A DNA stretch of 64,000 bases, from NCBI GenBank assembly GCA_951406725.2, contig OX597821.1, forward strand, positions 33,666,001-33,730,000, in the 5' to 3' direction. The DNA is from Octopus vulgaris (lineage: Eukaryota). The notes under the pieces are model-generated. The model made no database searches. It was not told the origin of the DNA and saw only the letters and a program-made list of their open reading frames with translations. Shown here piece after piece: positions 26,283 through 38,338 of this stretch (positions are counted from its first letter, which is position 1; each line of letters begins with the position of its first letter). A program made the translations under genes and the position numbers.

Positions 26283-26656
26283 TCTTTTATTGTTTGACTT
26301 GTTTCAGTCATTGGACTGTGACCATTCTGGGGCGCCATCTTGTAGGGTTTCACTAAAACAAATTGACTCCAGTATTTACAGTGTCTTTTTTTTTTTTAAA
26401 GTCTGGTACTTACTTTTTCAGTCTCTTTTGCTGAACTGCTAGGTTAGTGGTGGACCTACAGAAGCTAACACTGGTAGTCAAACAGCGGGGTGACAAACAC
26501 ACACACGTGACACTACCACTACCACGTTGTTTCTATCAAATTCACTTGCAGAGTCCAGTGTAAGACACTTGTTCAAGGTACCACACAGTGGGACTGAACC
26601 TGAAACCATGTGGTTGCAAAACAAGCTTCTTAAGCACAGAGCCATGCCTGTGCCTA
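26283..26656 (-). mobile_element. SINE family A, diverged and internally deleted
   Basis: Head and tail motifs recognisable on the minus strand. Confidence 0.7.
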
Positions 26657-26841
26657 TAAACATTTTTTTATATCAGTTTTTTTATTGACAATTTTTTTTT
26701 TATTTGAGATTTAGTTCAATCTGTTTCATACAACAAACATTCGTCTGATAAAACCTCTACGTATCTTGCTATTAATTGTTGTAAGTTTGATTGGATCAAA
26801 AAACATACTTGGTTTATTGAACACTTTGCTAAAACAAATTG

Positions 26842-27186
26842 GGATGTTTTTGGTTTGAACGGCAGTTTTTTCTAGCAGTGTCATATGAAATTTTCACCCA
26901 TAATTATGACCCTAGTATCGACCTATTGTATTTCAATCTGTTTCTTAAATGAGGGACATATTCATATGGCAGAGAATGTTTTCACCTCAATAGACGGTCA
27001 TTGATTGGTTGAAATTGCCGAAATGCAAGAAATTAAAGACTAAATATCTTACAAACTATAGAATTTTCTCAATAAAGCCAAGAGAAAAAGATGTTTTATA
27101 AACACATTCTACCAGTATACGAAGTTTAAAATTTTTTAGTTACCTAGAAATTATGTTAAAAACTGCCATTCAAACCGAAAAGATCC
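26842..27186. mobile_element. Merlin-like MITE copy 3 with internal deletion
   Basis: Same TIRs; TSD acaaattg. Confidence 0.85.
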
Positions 27187-27689
27187 ACAAATTGTTTACT
27201 TAAAAGAGTGTCTGTTGTCATTTAGATCATCATCAACAACATTTAATGTCTACTTGTTCATTGGAACATTGTTTGGCCATTTAGAATTATGGACTCAAAG
27301 TGCTAGGTCTGAATGTTAATTTCTTTTAGTAAAAACAATGAGTCTAACAAAACGCGTTTTGTTTCATTTACAAACATGTCAGAGACTAAATTAGCCATAA
27401 GGGCTCTAGAAACATAACCCAAATAGTGGTGTTTGTGATATTGAGGGCAGTGGTAGTGGTAGTGATAAAGATGATGGTGGTGATGGTGAATGTGGTGCTG
27501 GATTAGTGAGTGAAGATCCAGATCAGTGATTCTCAGCCAGGGTCGATATGTTGAGGGTCCTTATGAAAGTGTTGAGGGTCCTTATGAAATTTTTTTGATA
27601 AAAATTTTTGTGTAATAACTTGGTTATACTTCTACTATACATGAAATGGTTTAACAATTTTTTATACAATTCATAATAATCCTCATCAT

Positions 27690-27942
27690 CGAGATCCCTT
27701 AACTGATGCATCCAGTCAATGGGGTGCCACTCTAGATGCTTTCATAGCCAGCCATTGCCACTGGTCTCTTATCTGTCATGCCAAGTGAGTTTGCAATATT
27801 GTAACTTGTCTAGTCCTTGATGTTGTCAAACCAGGGTTTTCTCTGTTTGCTTCTCTTTTGCCCTTTCTCAACTCTGCCCTGAAGAATGGTTTAGGGGCAT
27901 GGAGTTGTGGTGGAATACGTGACGAAACCAGGCAAGCTTCCT
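27690..27942 (-). mobile_element. Decayed RTE LINE 3' fragment
   Basis: Minus-strand frames give KLAWFRHV.. and TILQGRVEKGQKRSKQRKPWFDNIKD, matching the RTE C-terminal pattern. Confidence 0.75.
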
Positions 27943-27969
27943 AATAATATTCAATTATAAGAATATAAT

Positions 27970-28283
27970 GGAGGCACAATGGCCTAGTGGTTAGGGCAGT
28001 GGACTCGCGTTCGGAGGATCGCGGTTTCGATTCCCAGACCAGGCGCTGTGTGTGTTTATTGAGCGAAAACACCTAAAAGCTCCATGAGGCTCCAGCAGGA
28101 GGTGGTGGCAACCCCTGGTATACTCTTTCGCCACAACTTACCCTTACTCCCTCTTTCTGTTTCTTGAGTAACGCTGCGATGGACTGGCGTCCCGTCCAAC
28201 TGGGGGGGACACATACGCCATAGAAACTGGGCCCATGAGCCTGGCCAGGCTTGAAAAGGGCGACCAAAAAAAAAAAAAGAAAT
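27970..28283 (+). mobile_element. SINE family C with poly(A) tail, nested in a hAT MITE
   Basis: ggaggcacaatggcctagtggttagg head, A-tail, and TSD agaatataat. Confidence 0.85.
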
Positions 28284-28827
28284 AGAATATAATAGGATTT
28301 TTTTAACATTGACTGGTTTATGGGTGTCCACCTGGGTAAGACAAGAACCGAAGGGATCCATTGGCAAAAAGGGGCTGAGAAACACTGTTCTAGATGATGA
28401 TGAGAATCATTATTCTCATTGATGATGGTGATAAGGTGGTGGTTATGATGGTATGTAGTGAAATGGTTTGAGATTGGTGTGTTTGCATTGGTGATATATA
28501 TAGTGAAAATGGTGGTGTGGATGGCAATGATAATGAGGTGATGGCTGTGTTGATGATTAAGATCTAGTGTGGAAGATAATAATGGTGATGATGGTGTTGA
28601 TGAGATGACTGTGAAGATGAAAAACTTGGTGGTGTTGATGGTGTAATTATTGTATTTTAGATGTTCTATGGTATGAAGCTAATAGTGTAAAGTGGTGGTG
28701 GTGGTGGTGGGGGGGCCTTGAAAAGGCCCATTGTCTCTGATAACCTAATGGGACAAACGTACATGCAAACATGTACATGTATACACATATATATACAAGC
28801 TGATAAATATACATACACAATCACATA

Positions 28828-29221
28828 GGTGCAGGAGTGGCTGTGTGGTAAGTAACTTGCTAACCAACCACATGGTTCCGGGTTCAGTCCCACTGCATGG
28901 CATCTTGGGCAAGTGTCTTCTGCTATAGCCCCGGGCTGACCAATGCCTTGTGAGTGGATTTGGTAGACGGAAACTGAAAGAAGCCTGTTGTATATATATA
29001 TGTATGCGTGTGTGTGTGTTTGTGTGTCTGTGTTTGTCACCCTAGCATTGCTTGACAACCGATGCTGGTGTGTTTACGTCCCCGTCACTTAGCGGTTCGG
29101 CAAAAGAAACCGATAGAATAAGTACTGGGTTTACAAAGAATAAGTCCCAGGGTAGATTTGATCGACTAAAGGCGGTGCTCCAGCATGGCCGCAGTCAAAT
29201 GACTGAAACAAGTAAAAGAGT
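28828..29221 (+). mobile_element. SINE family A, full length
   Basis: High identity to other family A copies. Confidence 0.9.
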
Positions 29222-29646
29222 ATACATACATTAAGCATGTGTGTGTGTTCATCCAAGTGAACAGCACATATATACAAAATTATACACACACACACACACA
29301 TGTATGTGTACTTGCACGCACTCTAGCAAGCACTTTGGTATTCATGTAACTGATGGGAGGGTAGCTACACACATAATTTACATTCACGCAAGTATACACA
29401 CCAACAAGCAAACAGATAAACTGTATACACATACACATATTTATACACATGTACACAAACTATCGTCATACATCTATACATACATTTACAACTTATGTAT
29501 AATCTAACACATAAATGTGCATATACATACGTGCATACAAAGCAACGATGTGTGTATGGGAATGATCTGCCCAATTAATCTGTCTATCATTCTACTGAGA
29601 CTTAGTTATCTATTTATCTGTTGAACTAGATAGCTATTGATTTACT

Positions 29647-29694
29647 TGTGTGTGTGTGTGTGTGTGTGCGCATCTATCTATATATCTATCTATA

Positions 29695-29782
<88 letters not shown>

Positions 29783-30100
29783 GATATGTATATATATATA
29801 TGTGTGTATATATATGTATATATATTTGCTGATGTGTATGTATATATGTGTAGTATGTATATATGTGTATTGTGTATGAATATATGTATATATTTGTGAT
29901 GTGTATGTATATATGTGTAGTGTGTGTATGAATATATGTATATATATATATATGTGTGTGTGTATGTATATATATGTATATATATATACATACATATATA
30001 TATATATATATATATCTATATATATATATATATATATGTATGTATATATATGTATATATATATATATGTATGTGTGTAGTGTGTATGTATGTATTATATA
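29647..30100. repeat. Compound microsatellite (GT)n-(ATCT)n-(AT)n-(AT/GT)
   Basis: Seen directly. Confidence 0.95.
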
Positions 30101-30532
30101 GGATGGGATGCAGTTAGTGACATGAATGCCTTCTATATTAGAACTGTGTATTTAAAAAGGGAGAAAGAGTGGGGGAAAGAAAAGTCTGATCGTGCATATG
30201 TGATAATGATGCACTGTTAGATACATACACACTGACTGGCATACCATGTGAATATCTGTGATCCCATTAGAGATAGAAGTGTCTCCATAATTTGAGTTCA
30301 CAATGGATTTTCAATATCCTTGGTTGGAAATCCATTTCAAAATAGACATGAAGCTGAGAGATGGATCTGACAACATAGTTACACAAATATATACACATAT
30401 GTACAAAAACTCTACACACCAACACTGCAAGTACTTTTGTACTGAGCACTTAATTTTTGTGTATAAAACCATAAACAAAGAGATTTATTGAAAAGATAGA
30501 GAAAATGTGTGTATGTGTGTGTCTATACATAT

Positions 30533-31149
30533 AATGTTTGTCGCCACTTCAATATGGCTGTTCTGTTTGAACAAACATTACTGTGATCTAGTGCAAGGGC
30601 AGAAATAGCCTGAAACCAGGCTCATCTGCTGTTGCTATTGAGTGAACGGTCTTCGTCCCAGAGCTCGCAAGATGGGAGAAATCCGAAACGTGGTCCTTTG
30701 CTATTCGTAACACCCGCAGAAGAGAAAGCAGGTCAACCCTCGATACTGAGAGCATCGACGGATGGATGAATGCGCATCCAGGCTCAGTGGTTGCGTAGGA
30801 AGTCGGGGACAAGAAACAGGAAGAAAGAGTACAACAGGGGTTGCCACCACCCCCTACCGGAGCCTCGTGGAGCTTTAGGTGTTTTCGCTCAATAAACACA
30901 CACAATGCCCGGTCTTGGAATCGAAACCATGATCCTCCGACCACGAGTCCACTGCCCTAACCACTGGCCATTGCACCTCCACTGCTGCTGCTGTTGCTAG
31001 AAGGAAGTAGGGCTTAGCTCCCTTGCTCACAATATATCAGATACAGGTTGCATTGTTAACCAGCTGGAAGAAATGCCCTCTTGGGGTTAAAAAAATCACA
31101 GTAACATTTGTTTGAACAGAACAGCCATGTTGAAGTGGTGACAAACATT
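30533..31149. mobile_element. Element with ~55-bp imperfect TIRs, containing a nested SINE
   Basis: aatgtttgtcgccacttcaatatggctgttctgtt.. is inverted at ..aacagaacagccatgttgaagtggtgacaaacatt. A related fragment lies at ~9845-9996. Confidence 0.65.
30640..30982 (-). mobile_element. SINE with family C head and a different 3' part, nested in a TIR element
   Basis: Head matches the 27970 copy on the minus strand; the 3' part differs. Confidence 0.7.
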
Positions 31150-31228
31150 ACTTGCCAGTACAGTTACTCTGTTCATCTCTTACAGAGATTTTATAACTAG
31201 CTTCTTTGCTTATATATATTTATATAAA

Positions 31229-31742
31229 CTGTAAATCCTCGAGAATAGTCCGCCCTTGAGTATAATACGCAGGGGATTTTTACCTCTGAAAAACCTAAAT
31301 CTTGTGTATGATACGCAAACCTTCTCCAACTTCAGTCATGCATAATTAAGCCAGCAGTACCTAGTCAAACAAACATATCTGTGCATGCGTAACATAATAA
31401 TGGTGATGTTCTTAACTGTTATATGGGAATGTAAATATGTTTGCAAATTGTTTTTGTTACATGTTATTCTGTGTTCTAAATACTTTTATTTTAATAAATG
31501 TTGCTTACTGCAAGTTACGGATGATTCTTTTATGACTTCATTGCTTTCAGGCTTAGCTTAAGGTATTTTTGCACCCAACATCACAAAATGTGTCTGAATA
31601 AACATTGCTGGACAGCAAATAGAGACTTGAACATTGCTTAGAAAATAATTTTCATTTTTAACCTCGTGTATAATACGCACTAGGGATTTTGACCTTTAAA
31701 TTTTGGGAAAGAAATGCAGATTATACTCGAAGATTTACAGTA
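31229..31742. mobile_element. Tc/pogo-like non-autonomous DNA transposon
   Basis: TIR ctgtaaatcctcgagaata / tatactcgaagatttacag followed by TA, with subterminal tataatacgc repeats. Related end fragments lie at ~270-400, 3865-3998 and 44900-45030. Confidence 0.7.
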
Positions 31743-34700
31743 TGTGTTAGTTAAGGTTGTTGATGAATACTGATACAATGGTACAAATGTTGTGGGGTGT
31801 AACCTACATATCCAGCATAATAAATATCATCATTTAGCATCCTCTTTCCATGCTGGCATGAGTTGGATGGTTTGATTAGTGCTGGCAAACTGGAGGGTTA
31901 CACCAAGCTCCAATTGTCATTTTGGCATAGTTTCTACAACTCAATGCCCTTCCTAATAGCAACAACTTTACAAGTGTACTGGGTGCTTTCTATGTAGCAC
32001 TAGCATGGGTACTTTTCACCATCATCATCATTTTAATGTTTGATTTCGATGCTGGCATGGATTGGACAGTTTGACTGAAAACTTGTAAGCCGAGGTGCTG
32101 CACCAGTATCTGATCTGATTTGGCAAGGTTTCCACAGTGAGATGCTCTTTCTAATGCCAACCACTCCATGAGTTTAGTGGGTGCTTTTTATGTGCCACCT
32201 GAATGGGTGCTATTGACCTGACACTCACATAGCCATGACTACAGTCTCACTTGGCTTTACAGGTCTACACAAGCACGGTATATCGCCAAATGGTCTTGGT
32301 CACCTGTCACTGCCTCCATGAGACCCAATGCTTGACCAGTGTTTTTATGTGCCACTGGCATGGGTGCCAGCCAGACAGCACTGGCAGCAGCAACCACGTG
32401 GCGCAGACAAAAGTGATTTTTACATGGTGCCAGCGTGGGTGCATTTTATGTGGTACAACCATGGTTTAATTTAGCTTGACGAATATGTCTAATACTAATT
32501 ACTTTACATATTTTCTCACACAGCTTTTAGATAAATGCTTTCTGTTGTGGTTAGGCTTGGCATGTTAGATTCTGTTTGCTCTTTGTAAGTATTGATGGGA
32601 ATTGGTAAAGACTGATGGAATTGGGGAAGTTTTTTTATTTTTTATTATGCATTATTGGTTTATTCATTGTTACTTTAACTTTACTTTTGGGTATGTTATC
32701 TTGAGGTTTAAGATTGGAATATTTAATTCAATTTTTAAAAAAAATGGCAAGAGTTAAAACTGTTGTGTAGCACTTAGGCTAGCCCTGATTGAGCAGGCTG
32801 AACAACAAGGAGGGATCTGTGAGTCTCCAGCTATACCATATCTCCATCTAGTTGAGGACCTCACTTTCTATTCTGACATGCACTGGTTAATTGTATGGAG
32901 TCCAGTTTGGCAGTATGGGCATGTTCAATGCTCTTCTCTGCAGAAGCATTTAAATAGATATAATATTGTTTGCAGAATTTCATAGCACTTATGAACGCAT
33001 AAATATTTTTACAAAAGGTAGAGACAAAAACCTTATGCATGTTATGTTAATTTGCATGAATCCAGTGTAATATCTCCAATATCATTTTTCTTCAAGCATT
33101 TTATGTTTATATTAATGTGATTTTAGTTTAGTGATAAAGTTTTCATGCCAGGCTTAATTTCAGACAGTTTTGTGATGAAGACCTCATTGTGTATGAATTA
33201 AGGATGTATGACAATAACTGCTCTGGTTAAGCAATACAAAGTGGAATTGAACTATATTTATTTTTTATTGAAAGGAGGAAATGTTGTGGGTATTGAGAGG
33301 CAAGCTTGATAAGATCTGCAGTTGTAGTGTTGAAAATTAGATGGTTATTAAGAAAATATTTAGAATAAATGCCATTGTTTCGTTTGTTTCTTAGTGATCT
33401 TCTTTTCTCCTGGCATTTGTTTTATGTGTTTTTTTTTGTTTTGATATATTTTTTCCAATTGGTATTATTTTATTTTGTGCCCTTTGAGTTGTTCATTGGT
33501 TAAAAAAAACCCTCATTATTATTGTTTTATTGTCAAGTTAATTAAATAAATTATTAGAATTCCAGATATACTTGGCCAGTCTGGTGGGTTGTTATTTTAG
33601 TAAGCTTCTGTTTGTTTATTTCAATTAACCTGTGATTTTACCATTGAGTGAATATGGCTCTTTGTCCAGCATAGGGGGCTGTATCAGGTGCTTGTGCTCT
33701 ACTGGCATAACTCTGAGGGTCAGTCATTAAGTCATACAAGTCACCCCACTACAAGGACTGCACTTTGTAGTGGCCATGGTTATGTTATAAATCATAATTT
33801 CCTTATGATACAGCTGTTTTATTTGTTATTGTTCTTTTTAATCCCAATAGATTACTGCTATTCTGATACCCGTTTTCCAGCCATGTCTATTGTTCCTTTC
33901 CTTTGAGGTTTCTTGATTACTATAATTACTTTACATATTCCTGTTTTATTCCAAAATCTTAATTGTACTAACCACAACTCCTTCTTTCCTTCTTTAACTA
34001 CGACTATATTGTTACTACCATATCTTATTCTATCATCAGTATTTCTGTTACTATTCTTGCTACTCCTGATTCTACTCTCTTAATTATAGTATTACTGCTA
34101 TTTCATACTTCTACTGTATTCTCTCTTCTGTTTTCTTTATCTATGTAACAGCTACTCCTCAATAATCCACTTTTTTTAGCCCTTTCTTAGCTGGTGCTTG
34201 TTACTCCCTGAATATTTGCAATAATTCTGCTTTCTCTTGCTTTTGCTCTTCAGAAACTATAGTGCTATTCCTTGGTAACTCTTCTATTGCTACTTCATAA
34301 GGGTGTCTTCTTTTAGCCTTCCAGCTGTTAAGCTTATGCTACATCTCTGCATTTATGTGGCTTCCGTTCTCAGTACTTCTCTTTGTTACTCCTTTCTCAT
34401 TTTGCTACTATTTTTCTTCATTTATCTACTCCCACTTCCTTCAAGCTACCTTCTTTTGTCTTTTAAGCACTCCATCTCACTTTCAGTTACCTTTTCCTTT
34501 TAGCTACACTTTTCTCCTTTCTTCTCTCAATATATATTCATTTTGTTTTTTGCTAGTCATCATTCCATATATCTTATGTTTGCTTTTGCTTCTCCTATTC
34601 ATCTTCATTTAGTTTTGCTGTACCTTATTATTTCTACTTCTATTTCTCATGATACTTAATCATTTAGGTTTACAGATTCTTTCCGTCTTTTTCTTATACA

Positions 34701-34748
34701 TCACTTACACTACTACTCCTTCCACAATTGTTTTAACCTTCTTTACTA

Positions 34749-35190
34749 TTTAACCCTTTAACATTTAAACCGGTCATATCCGGCCAAAATATTCTACCTG
34801 TTTTATGGTCAAACTGGCCACATCTGGCATCTCATACCAACTTTATAATATCATTCTAAAATTAACAGTAACCCCTTCAAAATCTCAAAGCTACAAGATA
34901 ATCCATGATTAATACAAAACAAAGAGAATAAATAAGTATTGCATTTAACAGAATAATGTGAAAGCTAAAGGATTAAACTTGACCCTTTAGTATGTAAACT
35001 GGTCATACCTGGTCCAAATATTCTACTTGTTTTTACGTCCTAACTTGCCAGATCTGGGCTCTCATATCTTTCCAAGAATTAACAATCACACCAACAAAAT
35101 CTCAAAACTATGAGATAATGCAAGATTAATTTAAAACAATGTGAGTTAATAAGTATTACCTTTGACAATAATCTGAATGCTAAAGGGTTA
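34749..35190. mobile_element. Two tandem piggyBac-like MITE family 1 copies
   Basis: 34749-34977 and ~34979-35190 are both ~220-bp family copies in the same orientation. Confidence 0.8.
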
Positions 35191-36454
35191 TACATCTGCT
35201 GCTCTTACTACTCATTGCCATCTGCACCAAGTGATTGTTGTTGTTGTTGTGGCTATCCCTGTATGAAGTCCAGCATTGCAATTCAAACTAAAGTTGTTGA
35301 ATTACTTCTGCTTCAGAGAGATTCAAGATTTGAAATTTCTAGACAGAACTTGGCCTTGGGCAAGTTTTGGTAGAGCAATTTGCTTTCTGTTTAGAATATG
35401 GTTCCCTGTGAAAAACACTCTGCTATGCTTTTCTCTTTAATCTTTTGGCTATCCGAAGCATTTTCATAAGTTTGTCCTAAATGTCCATGTTTGTTTCCAG
35501 ACTTATCATTTGGTCCTTGTTTCATGCTTTATGAGTAATATAAAGCTTTACGTTTATAGGTGCCAAGTAACATTGGTAGCTGAGAAAAAATTCTATATTT
35601 ATTGTATATGATGTATGGACACCAGGGAAATATGTCCTGTCTGTCACATTTGATATACAGGAGAGGCAAAGGGTTAAACCTATAATTCTTTTTAATCCTT
35701 TTTACCCTTTTTGATCCTCTTTGTTACTTTGTCAAACTTCTAAGTCAATTGCTTCTTTTACTTCACCTGTTAACCAGTAATTACTGTTACAGGTAGTTAG
35801 TCTTCATAATGATCCCTGCTTCCTTTATTGATTAGTTTCTTTTGGAGTTCTTACTACTGCTCACTAACTAAAGTTTCTTTTTTCCTCAATGCTTTTCCTT
35901 ACTAAGATATTCCCTACATTATTGTACAGTACCCTAATGTATTTTGTTCTTCCTGTCCCCTGTCAAGAGTTCCTCTATTTCTTTCTTCTTCTGCTACGAG
36001 ATTTTGTTATCATTGTCATGACTGTTATATTTCATTGTTGTTGTTGCTGTTGTTTGTTATAGTTGTTATCCTTCATTGTAGTTGTCGCTATTTTTATCGT
36101 CGTGATTTTTGTTACCATCACCATTTTGCTGTTTCTTCACCCTTGCCATCTCATTTGCTAATGTCCTCCTCTCTCTCTCTTCACCTTCCTGATCACATTG
36201 TTATTGCCATCTTTTGTCTTCAGTGCTGGTGTCATCTCTTGTCGCTGTCCTCTATCCTCTGCTGCTGTCTCTTACCTGTGTCATTTTCTACCATTTTCTT
36301 TACCAATACTGCTCTTTTATCTTAGAGTCATCATCTCCCCTTGTTTGGTGTCATTATTTATCCTCATCAAGTATCACCATCTTTCTTCTTCCATTGTCCC
36401 CATCTTTTCATGTCCAGTTTCTCAATCATTCTTCATCTGGTATCTTCGTCTTCC

Positions 36455-36683
36455 TTAACCCTTTAGCATTTAAACCGGACATATCTGGCCAAAAGTTTTC
36501 TGCCTGTTTTATGTTCAAACTGGCCAGATCTGGTCTCTCACACCAACCCTACAATATCATTTTAAAAATTAACAGCTACCTCATCAAAATCTCATAGCTA
36601 CAAGATAATGCATGATTAGCTCAAAACAATGTAGATAAAAAAGGATTAATTCTGGCAGAATAATGCAAACACGAAAGGGTTAA
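36455..36683. mobile_element. piggyBac-like MITE family 1
   Basis: ttaaccctttagc...gaaagggttaa. Confidence 0.85.
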
Positions 36684-37088
36684 TCTGATTTTACCATTTC
36701 CCTTCAATTGGTTCTTGTCTTTTGCCTATGTTATCACATTTCACCCTACATTAAAATATTGCATTCACACACATGAACCCAAGCACCCACACACATTGCT
36801 AATTACTCTGAATAAATGACCGAAGCAGTACCTGATTTGATGCCATTTAACTAGAATTCTACCGGCTGCTTTCCTTTATATTATCCCCAACATAACCTGA
36901 GCCTGTAATTCAGTGTCTGCCTTATGTCATATGAGAAAATTCTTGGATGGTTGTTAAGCTTTAATCCTTTATCATTTAAACCGGCCATATTCGGTCGAAA
37001 TATTCTACCTGTTTTATCTTCTGATTGGTCATATCTGGCTTTTCACACCTACTCCTATAGTGTCTCTTTAAAATTAAACAATTGCATA

Positions 37089-37472
37089 CTCTTTTACTCT
37101 TTTCAGTCATTTGACTGTGGCCATGCTGGAGCACTGCCTTCAACCCCAAGCAAATCAACCCCAGGGCTAATTCTTTGGAAGCATAGTACTTATTCTATCA
37201 GTCCCTTTTGCCAAACGGCTAAGTTACGGGGACGTAAACACACCAGCATCGGTTGTCAAGCGATGTTGGGGGGGACAAACACAGACACATAAACATATAC
37301 ACACATATACATATATACGATAGGCTTCTTTCAGTTTCCATCTACCAAATCCACTCACAAGGCTTTGGTTGACCCAAGGCTATAGTAGAAGACACTTGCC
37401 CAAGGTGCCATGCAGTGGGAATGAACCCGGAACCATGTGGTTGGTAAGCAAGCTACTTACTACGCAGCCACT
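37089..37472 (-). mobile_element. SINE family A inserted in a piggyBac-like MITE, upstream of the G-gamma ORF
   Basis: Reverse-complement match. It interrupts the MITE at 36961-37553. Confidence 0.9.
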
Positions 37473-38040
37473 ATGAAATAACAAATGATTAATTTAAAAC
37501 CATGTGAATGCATAAGCATTACATTTGACAGAGTAATCTGAATGCTTAAGGGTTATTAAGGGTTATTACATTATTAAGGGTTATTACATTATTGGGTTGT
37601 GTTTATCTTTCATCATTGCTGTCCTCTTCAGTCTCATTGCTGCCATGTTTTATTCCTCTCTTCGCCATTGGTTTCATCTTTCATTATCAGCCTTGCTATC
37701 TTTTAAGATTATTATACTACTTTATTTTGTTTTTGTTGCTATCATTCACATCCTCTTTGGGCATCCATATCTTTACATATTTTGGTGTTGGCATTGCCCA
37801 TATGATTTTGGCTTGCCTATATGTTTTGGTGTTGGTACTTCATACATCTCTTGGAATCATTGTCAGTGTCTTTTGTCCTTGTCATCGAGAGCTTTCAATA
37901 TTTTCATTTGCTATCTCTTTTGTTGTTGTCATTCTTGTTACTTCATTAGTTCTTCAGTTTCTTTTCCGTAAATGTACTGAAACAAATCTTACGTTGTTAG
38001 CAATTGGTTTCTGATCAATAATTTCTGTTGATAATTGTTT

Positions 38041-38134
38041 TTCTTTTGCTTTTTTTTTTCTTTCTTTTATCCCTTTCCTTTCTCCCTCAAATTATCTGCT
38101 GCTGAAGGGTAAGGGAACCCACATGTCTTACCAG
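38041..38134 (+). promoter_or_regulatory. Polypyrimidine tract and candidate 3' splice sites ahead of or inside the G-gamma ORF
   Basis: A ~48-nt almost pure C/T tract is followed by AG dinucleotides ending at 38107, 38113 and 38134 (tcttaccag|G). All three are phase 0 with the ORF. Confidence 0.45.
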
Positions 38135-38338
38135 GCTGAGATGCAGAAACAGCTGAAGGAGGAGTTGAAAGAGCTGCACAGAGAGAAAAGCATGGTTCGA
38201 GAAAACTTGAGTAGGACAACGGAGGAATTGCTTCGCTATTGCAGGGAGAATGAAAACTCGGATCACATGCTCTTCCCTCAAAAAGATAACCCTTTTGTTA
38301 AGACGGATAGCAGCATATGTATTCTGTGCCTCAAATAA
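38123..38338 (+). CDS. Heterotrimeric G-protein gamma subunit-like protein (GGL domain), 71 aa, divergent
   Basis: Translation MSYQAEMQKQLKEELKELHREKSMVRENLSRTTEELLRYCRENENSDHMLFPQKDNPFVKTDSSICILCLK has G-gamma size and layout. It shows an N-terminal coiled coil (QLKEELKEL), R-x-x-L-S (cf. RIKVS), EELLRYC (cf. ADLMAYC), DHML (cf. DPLL), NPF, and terminal cysteines. The sequence is non-repetitive and more GC-rich than its flanks, with a polypyrimidine tract upstream (38041-38088) and AATAAA motifs at and after the stop. Confidence 0.85.
   Translation: MSYQAEMQKQLKEELKELHREKSMVRENLSRTTEELLRYCRENENSDHMLFPQKDNPFVKTDSSICILCLK

Larger units (their letters stand above)
27524..28386. mobile_element. 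hAT MITE carrying a nested RTE fragment and a SINE
   Basis: TIR cagtgattctcagcc / ggctgagaaacactg; degenerate TSD atccagat/ttctagat. Confidence 0.75.

Noticed and set aside
29637-30101. Ile/Tyr-rich ORFs
   Set aside because: (AT)n/(ATCT)n microsatellite artefacts.
37592-38014. Hydrophobic 140-aa ORF resembling a membrane protein next to G-gamma
   Set aside because: It results from T-rich low-complexity composition, has a non-ATG start, and shows no receptor motifs.
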